NCBI RefSeq assembly: GCF_000027325.1
Contig: NC_000908.2
Location: forward strand, 330,001-362,000
Direction: 5' to 3'
DNA: 32,000 nucleotides
From: Mycoplasmoides genitalium G37
GTDB lineage: Bacteria > Bacillota_I > Bacilli_A > Mycoplasmatales > Mycoplasmoidaceae
The position numbers and the translations under genes are program-made. The notes beneath the pieces were generated by a model, which saw nothing but the letters and a program-made list of their open reading frames with translations, ran no database searches and was not told where the DNA came from. Positions 19,752 to 32,000 of this stretch are shown here, in pieces. Numbering within the stretch: the stretch's first letter is position 1; each line of letters starts with the position of its first letter.

Positions 19752-21452
19752 TCCCCACTCCCCACTTTTTCTAACATCAATGTCGGGGTTAAATCAATGA
19801 TCACTCATCTCAACAAAGAAAACACCCGGTGGGTGTTTACCCCTAACTCTTCACCAGACATTTGAACGGGAGCAGGTTATAGAAAAGCTAATAACAACAA
19901 TAACGGCATCTCCTTGACAAGTGTGTTGCCTAGTAGCAATAGTAGTCAACAGTTTAATCCCAATTCAGATGATAATAAAGTCACTCAAGGTGGTGGCTCC
20001 CCAGCCAAAAAAACAACCACCTATTCCTTTTTACCCAATTCCATCAGTCCCACCAGTGACTGGATCAACGCATTGACTTTTACTAACAAAAATAACCCGC
20101 AGCGCAATCAACTGTTGCTCAGAAGCTTACTAGGAACTATCCCGGTATTGATCAATAAGAGTGGAACGGGAGATGAGTTTACCCATACGAGTGAGCAGAA
20201 ATGGGATAAAACGAATGAAAAAGATGGGAATTTACCTGGGTTTGGGGAGGTGAATGGTGGTTTTTATCAACTAAATAAAAAACTTATTAGCTTATTTTTA
20301 TTAGGTTTTTACTTATTTAATAGTTAAAAAAGTTTTGAATTTTTCTTAGTTTTTTATTTGTTTAATAGTTAAAAAACACTAGGCTTTACCTTTATTTAAT
20401 TAATAAAACCTTTACCCCTATTACCAAACCATCCATAACACCAACTTGTTTGTGTTGTTCAAGTCTAGGGATGTAAAAGTTAAGTATGACAGTTCAAGTG
20501 GCTCAAATAACCAGATTAGTTTTGATTCAACTAGTCAAGCTAACAAACCCGCCTACATCGTTGAATTTACTAATTCCACCAACATTGGCATCAAGTGAAG
20601 GGTAGTGAAAAAATATCAGTTAGATGTACCGAATGTTTCTAGCAACATGAACGAAGTACTGAAAAATTTAATTCTTGAACAACCTTTGACTAAGTATACC
20701 TTAAACAGTAGTTTGGCTAAAGAGAAGGGTAAAACGCAAAGGGAGGTGCATCTGGGTAGTGGGCAAGCAAATCAGTGACGATCGATGCGTAATCAACATG
20801 GCCTAAACAACAATCCCAGTCCCAATGCATCAACCGGATTTAAACTCACTACCGGCAACGCATATAGAAAATTAAATGAGTCCTGACCAATTTATCAACC
20901 AATTGATGGGACCAAGCAGGGCAAAGGGAAGGATAGTAGTGGGTGGAGTTCAACAGAAGCAACAACGGCAAAAAATGATGCGCCCAGTGTTTCTGGAGGG
21001 GGATCAGACACCACTTCAAAATTTAAAAGTTACCTCAACACCAAGCAAGCGTTAGAGAGCATCGGCATCTTGTTTGATGGGGATGGAATGAGGAATGTGG
21101 TTACCCAGCTCTATTATGCTTCTACTAGCAAGCTAGCAGTCACCAACAACCACATTGTCGTGATGGGTAACAGCTTTCTACCCAGCTTGTGGTACTGGGT
21201 GGTGGAGCGGAGTGCAACAACTGATTCATCATCAAAACCCACCTGGTTTGCTAATACCAATTTAAACTGAGGGGAAGATAAACAAAAACAATTTGTTGAG
21301 AACCAGTTGGGGTATAAGGAAACTACCAGTACCAATTCCCACAACTTCCATTCCAAATCTTTCACCCAACCTGCATATCTGATCAGTGGCATTGACAGTG
21401 TCAATGATCAGTTGATCTTCAGTGGCTTTAAAGCGGGGAGTGTGGGGTATGA

Positions 21453-21484
<32 letters not shown>

Positions 21485-21790
21485 CCAAAGACCAAGCACT
21501 TGCTTGATCAACAACAACTAGCTTAGATAGTAAAACGGGGTATAGGGATCTAGTGACCAACGACACGGGGCTAAATGGTCCGATCAATGGGAGTTTTTCA
21601 ATCCAAGACACCTTCAGCTTTGTTGTTCCTTATTCGGGGAATCATACAAATTCAAGTGGTTCATCAGGAACCATTAAAACGGCTTATCCGGTGAAAAACA
21701 CAGAAAAATCAACTGTCAAGATCAATTCTTTGATCAACGCTACGCCGTTGAATAGTTATGGGGATGAGGGGATTGGGGTTAGAAATATTT

Positions 21791-23682
21791 TTATGAGTTT
21801 AAAACAAGGTAATGCAGATAACTAGCTAAATCAACAACTGGAGGTTTTGTAGCCCCATTTCTTAAATCCAAATTATGTAAGTTTTGCTGTTTAAGTAAAT
21901 CCATAAATTTACCATCTTGAACTTTTATCTGTTCTTTTACGTGTAAAGTGAAAAGTAGTTGATTGTCTTTAAATTGAAATAGAGAACCTGGATAATCAGT
22001 ATTTTGAACTAAGTTATAATCCAAATCACCATCAACTATGAACTTGACATCCATTTCACCATTTCATGATGAAGGGATACCAGAAAAAGGTGCAAATCAA
22101 CTAAATAACCCAGTTAATTTGTATCCACCTTGGTACTTTATGTCAATTTCAAATTTAAATTTGTATGGATAATGTTGCCTAAATTCAATTCCATTATTTT
22201 TTCAATCAATGGTTGGATTATTTTCCTTGTTTTCAATTTTTATGCTTGTTAAGTTTAGTTTTATGTCAGTATAGGAAGTTAGCTTTCCTCTTAATCAGTC
22301 AGACATATAAAGACCTTCAAGCCCTTGTCTAGGAAACTGAATTCCTTTTTCACTAAAGGCTTTCTTTGCATTTTCACTTTCATCTTTTTTATTATTTTTG
22401 TAATAATCTGACGTTGCTTTAGTAAAGCTATTAATTAAAAGTGAAAAAGTTTTATTTTTATCAGCAGCAAAAGAAGTTTTTAGAGCATCTATTAGTTGAG
22501 TCTTATCAGTAACATCTTTCTTTTGATTTTTTCAATAATCTTTAAATTCTTTAGCATTTTCAAATGATTTATTAAATTGTTCTTGTTGTTCTTTTAAGCG
22601 CTTAGCTTCCTCTTCTTTTCGCTTAAGTTCTTCTTCTTGTTTTCTTCTTTCCTCAGCTAAAATTCGTTGTTGTTCTTCATAATCAGCTTTAGCTTTTTCA
22701 CGTTCTTTTTTGAATGGTTCAATTATTTCTTTTTCAAATTTTGTTTTAGCTAAATCTAGTTGTTCATCAATTTTTAAAACTGAATTAAAGATATTTGTAT
22801 TGGAAAGAAAAAGTGAATCACTTACAGCAGTTTTAGCTATTGAAGTGAGATCATTTTGATTTTTATCAACAAGTTTATTAATTAGAGGTTTTCAAAACAA
22901 TTGGGTATTTAGATCGTTACCATTAAAGCTATTTTGCAACTCTTGTAAATTCAAAAAATTAGAAGTTTGGGCTTTTAAATCAAATTGCAAGTTAACAGTG
23001 TTGTTACCACCTTCATAATCAACTTCAAAATCCATTTTGATTTCAAAGCTATAACGAATCTTATCTTTAATAACAATGTCATTTTTTTAACCAATTCAAG
23101 ATTAAAGTCTTTTAATTGAATTTTCTTTAAGTTGTATTGATTAAATATTTCAACAATACTTTCGGTAATGTTTAAACCTTTTGGATGCAATTGTGGAAAG
23201 AAATTTTCATTAAGGAATTTAAAAAAATTCTGTGGAACTTTAGGCAATTTATCTTCATCATTAATTGGAAAAATTTTGTTAGTTTCATTAATGCTTGATT
23301 ACAGCCTATTTAATAAATCAACTGTTTTTTTAATACCTGATTTAAAACCACTTAAAAGATGAAAAATATCTATAACATTAAAGTTCCTAGGATAAAATTC
23401 ATTCTTAAATTTCTCTTGAAATAAGTCAAAGTTTTTATCATAATCTTTCTCTTTAGCAATATAGTTTTCTTCTTGCTCTGTTATAGCTGTTTGCTGTTGG
23501 AGTAGAATACTATTTTCTCTACTATTTGTTGTACTTGATTTTCTTAGACTAGGTTGACTTAAATTTGCAGCTGAGCCATTATAGATAGAAGGGACAATAA
23601 GTACACCAGCAGTTAAAGTTGATGCAAAAGAGACAAAGAGAAAAGTTTTAATTTTAAAACGAGATTTTTTGATAGCTTTCAA
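21791..23682 (-). pseudogene. Disrupted gene for a large secreted or membrane-anchored coiled-coil-containing protein (about 630 codons if repaired)
   Basis: N-terminal signal/TM (MKAIKKSRFKIKTFLFVSFASTLTAGVLIVP). In-frame TAA at 23299-23301, then a frameshift at the T7 tract 23082-23088. Beyond it the next frame is open from about 23085 to TAA at 21791, checked for every TTA/CTA. Confidence 0.85.
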
Positions 23683-24023
23683 AGTTAATAATTAATATTG
23701 AAAATAATTAGCTAAAACTAAAAAAGTTACAAACGAAATTGAATTTGTTTAAAACTAAAACAGACAGGGAAAATTTAACATTATATTCTAACTCTGAATA
23801 GCAAAAAATATAAGAATAGCTTTAATTCAAAAAAGTAATTCGGATCTTAAAAAATATTTTTTAATAAAGATTAATTGCCAGCAACTTGAATCTAAGTAAT
23901 AAAGTGAATATTTATTTTTATTAAAAACTTATATTCAAATTTGTAGTCTATTTTTAACTAATATAAAAAAGTTGAATATTTAAAAACAATTAATTTTGAT
24001 AATTAATAATCCAGGATTAATAA

Positions 24024-25846
<1,823 letters not shown>

Positions 25847-25857
<11 letters not shown>

Positions 25858-27478
25858 GTTGTTTTTTCACCAAGTTGGCGATAATAAAAAACGCTTAATT
25901 TGGTATTGAAAACTATTAATAATAATTGCTGTTTTGGCTATTGTCATTTACAGTTGAATAGATAACTTTTCTAGCTTTAATCAGTTTGGTTTAAATGTTT
26001 TTATTAATAACATTACAAGCTTATTTACCCCCAATCTTAACCACGAATATACACTAGTAAGATTCCTAGCACAAACTGCTTTTTTTGTTACAGGAGGTAG
26101 CTTTTTAGGATTTATTTTTGCGATCCTATTTTCCTATTGAACTGCATTTAAAATTCAACCCTTTTACATTGCTCTACCGATCAGGTTAATAACTATAGTT
26201 TTAAGAGCATTTCCCGTACTTTTATTTGGTTTTTTATTTAGTAATTTATTTAATAAACAACTAGCAGCTACACTAACGATTAGCTGGTTTAGCTTTTTAT
26301 GGAATACAAAATACATTACTACATTTTTTGAAAACAGCAATTTAAAGTATTTTTTTAACAAAAAAATTAGAGAAGGAAGTGGTTTTAAAGCTTTTTGAAC
26401 TACTATTTTTCTTAGTGAAAATGAGCGACTATGGTTGTTTTTTCTTTATAGTTTAGAAGCAAATTTTCGTTGAACTACGCTTCTAAGTATATTTGGCATT
26501 GGTGGCATAGGACAACTAATTGTTGATCCTTTAAGTATAAGGGTGCAGTTTGATCTTGTATTAATTCCATTAGTTGTTTTAATAACCTTTCTAATTTTTA
26601 TAGAAGTTGTTGTTTTTTTATTATCAAGTTTTGTTTTTGAGAAAAATAGTGAAGATTTAAGACCAATTTTAAAAACAACAGTTATTGAAAAACGAAAGTG
26701 AAAAAGAATTATATTTATTTTGTTTATTGTAGTACTAATTAGTCTTAGTTTAGCCAATTTAGTGACTATTGATTACAGAATTAACGATGCTGAATTTTTA
26801 CAAGATTTTTTTAACCAGTTTTTTCAGTTAAAAAGTAATCTTTTTTCAAGTAATGATCCTAATATAAACCCAATTTTAATGTTAGTTAAACTTACAACTC
26901 AAGCTATTAGTTTAATTAGCTTGGTTGTAATCTTTTCTATTCTCTTTGGTTTTATATCATGTAATTTATTTAAAAAGAGATTTTCAATTAGTTTTAAGAT
27001 CTTATTACTTTTTGTTAGAGTAGTTCCTAGTATTCTGTTGTTTAGGCTACTAGATCCTTTATTTCTAGAAGCAAAAACAACTATTATTTTAGTCTTACTA
27101 ATTAATCATGGTTCAAGTTATGGCCAATTGATGTCAATTAACTTTAATAAGGCAAATCAAAATATCATCAATAACTATAAAAATCATGGTATGACAAAAG
27201 GTTTTATTTTATGAAACTATTTGTTAGTTGAAAATAAACCTAATTTAATAAACATTACCAGTGATGCTTATGATAGTGTAATTAGGGATTTAATTTTGTT
27301 TGGTAGTTTTGGCGGTTCAATTATTGGTAGTAGAATTACTAATTTTTTTGAAAGAGCTCAATTTGATAATCTAGGTTCTGTTACAATCCCATTAATGGTT
27401 TATCTAATTGCAATAGAAATAATTTTTCTTTCAGTTAGATTAACTAGAATTTCAGTTTTTAAGAACTACCTTTACTAA
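25847..27478 (+). CDS. p69: ABC transporter permease p69-like, 543 aa
   Basis: Multi-TM; ATG at 25847 in frame with 26720..27214 and 27221..27478 through TGA. Contains a permease-type NHGSSYGQLMSINFNKANQNIINNYKNHG region. Confidence 0.92.
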
Positions 27479-27891
27479 TGATAGTTTTGAAAGAAGCGCT
27501 CTAATATTAAAACTGCAGCTAATGTATCTTTAGCCTTTTTAAAATCCTTATGTTTTAAATCCATTGTTATAAGCTTATCTTTAACAGCACTTGTAGTATT
27601 ACTTTCATCAACCAAAATTATTGGCAAATTAAAACGTTTTTCTAAAAGTTGTTTAAATGATTTAATTGCCTTTTGAATATCAGAATAATAGTGAAATTTG
27701 GGAAAACCTATCACTATTTTTTCAAGTTCATACCCATCGTTTTTAATTCGCAAAAATAAGTTGTTAACAGCAGTTTTGAAATTATTTTTTACTTCAAAAA
27801 CATGAAATGCAGAAGGATATTTATCTAGTGTATTGGCAATTGCTGTACCTATTTTTTTCAAGCCAAAATCAATTGCTAATATATATTTCAC
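27475..27891 (-). CDS. ruvX: Putative pre-16S rRNA nuclease / Holliday junction resolvase-like YqgF/RuvX
   Basis: 138 aa; MKYILAIDFGLKKIGTAIANTLDKYPSAF, KIVIGFPKF and LVDESNTTSAVKDKL are YqgF motifs. GTG start. Confidence 0.9.
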   Translation of the reverse strand: MKYILAIDFGLKKIGTAIANTLDKYPSAFHVFEVKNNFKTAVNNLFLRIKNDGYELEKIVIGFPKFHYYSDIQKAIKSFKQLLEKRFNLPIILVDESNTTSAVKDKLITMDLKHKDFKKAKDTLAAVLILERFFQNYH

Positions 27892-30593
27892 TATTTATTT
27901 TGAAACAATTCATTAAGCTTTTGAGGGGTAACATTATCCTGAAAAGAACCTCTAAATAACTTATCATTGCCTCCGCCCTTTAAATTAAAACTATTTCTTA
28001 ATTTTTCAATAATGGTGGTAGTTTTATTTCCTATAACAATAAATGAATTACTTTCATTGAATTGATTAATTATCAAGAAATTTTTAGTTTGATTTTGATT
28101 GAAAACATCATGTAGTGTTTGTAGCAATAGTTTAGGTTCTACGTCATTAAAAGTGGCAATTACATAACTTTTATTTTCATCTACTAAGGATAATAATTGC
28201 TTTTTAATTGATAAAGCTAAAGCTTGCTGTGATACTTTATAGTTTTTTGTTTTTAACTGGTTAATATCATTTTTTAAAGCTAATAAAGTATCAGATGCAT
28301 CTCTTAATTGGGTAATTTTTTCAGGTAAGATAAATTTATCTAGCCTTTGTTGCAATTCTTTTAACTCAACTTTAAAAATTGAACTATCAATCAAAGATAG
28401 AACTTTTTCAAGTTCTGATTTTAATTGGATTAATTTTTGATTTTCTGCTTTTAAATAGTTGTTAATAGTTTCATTACTGCTAATGATTTCAATCCTTCAT
28501 CTTCCAGCTCCTAAAGAATAGAAATCAGTAATAAAACAATCTTCAATTGAAGCAGTGTTAGCTACATGAGTGCCACCACACAACTCAACACTATAATCAC
28601 CAAAGCGGATCACTCTTAATATTTCATGTTGAGAATATTCCTCTTCAAAATAAGCAATTGCATTTAGTTTTTGACTCCCTTCAAAATCAGTAAAAATCTC
28701 TTTTGAGCTTATTTTTTGTTTAATCAAAGAGCGAATTTTATTTTCTACTTTCTCAAGTTCATTTCTTGTTAAATGACGATTCAAATTAAAGTCAATAGTT
28801 GCTTTTTGCGCAGATTTAAAAGCACCACTTTGTTTAATAAGTGGATCAATTTCTTTTTGTAAAGCTGCATGTAAAAGGTGTTCTAAACTATGGTTGTTAG
28901 CAGCAAGTTTTCTTCAAGTTTCATCATGTGATAAAGTTACTTGATCATTGAGTTTAAAACTACCTACTAAAAAGTAGTGGAAGTGTTGTTTATTAGGTCC
29001 TTTAAATACACCTTGAAAACTGATTTTTTGATCATTATTATTAGAATGATTAATGCAACTTCCTTCATCATATCTCTGTCCTCCAGAAGTAGCATATAAA
29101 ACTGTTTGGTCAAAAACTACATAACCACTTTGATTATTAAGTTCTTTAACTGGTAAATAATTTTCATCAAAAAGACCAATTACCTTAGCATTAATTTTAT
29201 TTTTGTGATAAAAAAAAGTACTTTTAGTTTTGAAATTAACTAAATTAATATTTTGTTTTTCAAAATTTATAGTTTGGTTATTTTGCTTAGAGATAGAACG
29301 ATGTTTGGCCATTAACTGATCAAATACTGTTCAATCAATAGTTAAACCTTTTTGATTAACTAGTTCTCTTATTATTTCAACAGGAAAACCGTATGTTTCG
29401 TTCAATTGAAATGTTAATTGGGGAGTTAGAGTATTGTTTTTAACACTTTTTTCAAACAGCACTAAACCTAAATCAATCGTTTTATTAAATGCATTAATCT
29501 CTTTTAAAACTACCTGTTTAACAGTTTCATTTTTAGCTTTTAAATGTTGATAATAATTCTCATATGAAGCGATGATTTCATCTATTATCTTTTCAATAAA
29601 TGCTAAGTTTAATTGCAATTTCTTACAAGCTATTAAAGCACGTCTTAAAAGTCTTCTTACTACATAATTTCTCTCATTAGGACCAGGTAAAACTCCTTCT
29701 GAAATGGTAAAAGTGATTGCTTTAAAGTGATCAGCAATAATCCGAAAATAACTCTGTTCTTTCACTTTTTGAGGATCGAATGTAAAGTAAGAGTTGGGAT
29801 CATATTTAAATGGACAAAAAGCTTCAATTATTTTGATTAGCTTTAAAAAGATGTCAGTATCAAAATTGGTTGGACTATTTTGTAATACTGAAACAAGTCT
29901 TTCTATTCCAGCACCTGTATCAATATTTTTTTGAGCAAGTTCTGTATAGTTGCCATTACCATCATTATTAAATTGACTAAAAACAATGTTTCATATCTCA
30001 ACATAACGATCATTTTCAATGTCCTCAAAGAAAAGTTTTTCACCAATTTTTTTAGGATCAAATTTCTCACCACGATCATAATAGATTTCAGTGCAAGGTC
30101 CACAAGGTCCTAAACCTAAGTCTCAAAAGTTACGACTTTTGTCACACTTAATAATGTGATTTTTATCAATTTTATGCTTAATTCATCTTTTATAAGTAGT
30201 TTCATCATCTTCATAAACAGTGATATAAAAACGCTTAGGATCTAGCTGATAATAATTAACTAAAAGATCAAAAGCAAAATCAATTGCTTCTGTTTTAAAA
30301 TAATCACCGATTGAAAAATTTCCAAGCATCTCAAACAAAGTTTGATGTCTTGAAGTAAAACCCACATTTTCAATATCATTTACCCTTAAACATATCTGTG
30401 CATTAACAAGGCGTTTAGATGGTGGTGTTTTTCTAGCACTGAAATAATCTTTTAAAGTAGCAACTCCTGAATTGATTCATAATAATGATGGGTCGTTGAT
30501 CGGAATTAGTGATTTTGAAGCTAAAACCAGATGGTCTTTCTTTGCAAAATAATCTAATCAGGTTTGCCTTACTTTATCAGTTGTTCAATTCAT
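27891..30593 (-). CDS. alaS: Alanyl-tRNA synthetase
   Basis: 900 aa once fragments are joined through [60 protein letters not shown]-like editing region and [17 protein letters not shown]. Confidence 0.97.
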
Positions 30594-30650
30594 TGCTTAA
30601 TTTTAAATGCAATTTACCAGTGATAAAAATAACTATAGTTCTTTTATTTG

Positions 30651-31385
30651 CTAATTTATTTTTATTTCAAACTTTTTGTTAGCAATTTGTGCATAAACAT
30701 GATTATCAGCTAAGAACTGCTGAAACTTATTTTGACTGTTTACTGTTCATAAATTTAAAGGTAAGTTAAGTTTTTTGATCATTTGGGGATACTTTTCATA
30801 TATTTTGGTTCATGGGTGGAGGAATTGACAAATCTTTTGGATTCTAGCTGTACTAATTGTTTCAAACTGTTTTTTAGTCCAAAATAAAAAACCTTTTTTG
30901 TAACTATTATCTAAATCATAAACTTTTTGCAAAGATTCAAAGTTAAAGGATGAAAACAAGATCTTATCTATTGCTTTTTTACCATAACCTTTAACTAGGT
31001 CAACAAGCTTCTTTTCAATTCCTAAATATGGTTTTTGATCAGTTTTAATCTCAATATTGATTAACTTAAATTTATCTAAATAAAGATCTAAGAACTCTTT
31101 TAAAGTTAGGATCGATTGAAATTGAATTTTAAGGTGAAAAAAAGCACTATGATCATCTCTTTTTAAACTAACTAATGATTCAAACTCAACCTCCTTATTA
31201 ACTAATGCGGTTCTCAATGTTGTCTCATCATGAATGATAACTAACTGTTCATCTTTAGTTAAATGAACATCAAGCTCTATTCCATCAAAACAATATTCAA
31301 AAGCTAAATCAAATGCTAGTTTGGTGTTTTCTGGAGCAATGAATGAATAACCCCTATGTGCTAAAAGCAATTGCTTGTTATGCAT
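30651..31385 (-). CDS. glpQ: Glycerophosphodiester phosphodiesterase family protein
   Basis: [56 protein letters not shown]; continues past TGA at 30810 to TAG at 30651-30653; 244 aa. Confidence 0.95.
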
Positions 31386-32000
31386 TATCAAGATCTCTTC
31401 AACGGTATGAAGCTTTATTTAATCGTTTAATTTCCATGCTATTTGAGATAAAAACAATTGATCCACATATCAAACCAAACAAAGCAATGGATAAACAAAT
31501 AGCAGCGATAATTTGATAACCAGTGTTACTAGTATTACTTTGTCCTGCAACTGTATATTTCTTACCAACTTCAGCAGTCACAGTGTAAAGTCATCCATCA
31601 GTAGAAAAACCAATAAAACTAAGTAAACCAACACTAGATGCATAGTTATTTTTACCAATATCAATTTCACCTATTTGGTTATATCTGACTGTAACCATTC
31701 CCCATGATAAGATACCAGTAAAGATATAGAGAATGGAAGAGAAAGTAATTAAAGTGATGTTAGCAGAATTTGTTTGTACAAAACCAAGTAGAATAAATGC
31801 TAGAACAAATACAATACCAAGAACAGTACATATCATTAAAAACAAGATATAGCTTTTACACTTATCTGCTAATCTACAAAGATAAACACTAACAGCACTT
31901 CTCAGTGCATAAGTTCTAATTCCCCCAATTACAGTTACTAATACTACAGGCGCTAAAAATGCATTTTGCAACATCTGTAAAAGGTAATAAGCAAAAGTGC
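31378..32000 (-). CDS. Multi-pass transporter / MFS-like permease, MG294-like (5' end beyond the window)
   Basis: ORFs 31399..31581 and 31591..31974 in one frame through TGA, stop TAA at 31378-31380; at least four hydrophobic segments. Confidence 0.8.

Noticed and set aside
19528-19758. - strand ORF starting MGKKKKKKGKQ
   Set aside because: Reverse reading of the (TCT)/(CTT) tract in the MgPar mgpB-like block.
27475-27891. Possible mobile-element resolvase
   Set aside because: It is a housekeeping YqgF/RuvX family gene next to alaS, with no inverted repeats or transposase context.

Overview
The window looks like a contiguous piece of a Mycoplasma genitalium-type genome. Support: low GC, in-frame TGA read as Trp throughout, and gene content and order matching the MG272-MG294 region from memory. 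Because TGA encodes Trp, the supplied table-11 ORF track splits most genes, and I rejoined them. Minus strand: pdhC (partial), a possible tiny Cys-rich ORF, pdhB, pdhA, nox, apt and a large SecDF-like membrane protein. Plus strand: relA/spoT. Minus strand: two coiled-coil membrane proteins, Protein M (IgG-binding), five tRNAs and greA. Plus strand: a 44-aa membrane peptide, proS, three hypothetical genes, an ACP-like gene overlapping tRNA-Trp(UCA), and a MgPar element with mgpB-like and mgpC-like blocks. Then a minus-strand pseudogene, the plus-strand p37/p29/p69 ABC transporter, and minus-strand ruvX/yqgF, alaS, glpQ and a partial MFS/permease-like gene. Best second-look items: (1) the 23-aa, 8-cysteine metallothionein-like ORF inside the pdh operon; (2) the ACP gene stop codon inside tRNA-Trp(UCA); (3) the MgPar recombination reservoir with a (AGT)10 tract; (4) a ~630-codon gene broken by one TAA and one poly-A frameshift; (5) degenerate SecDF-like and HTH-like hypothetical proteins. 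I found no CRISPR, prophage, restriction or toxin system.
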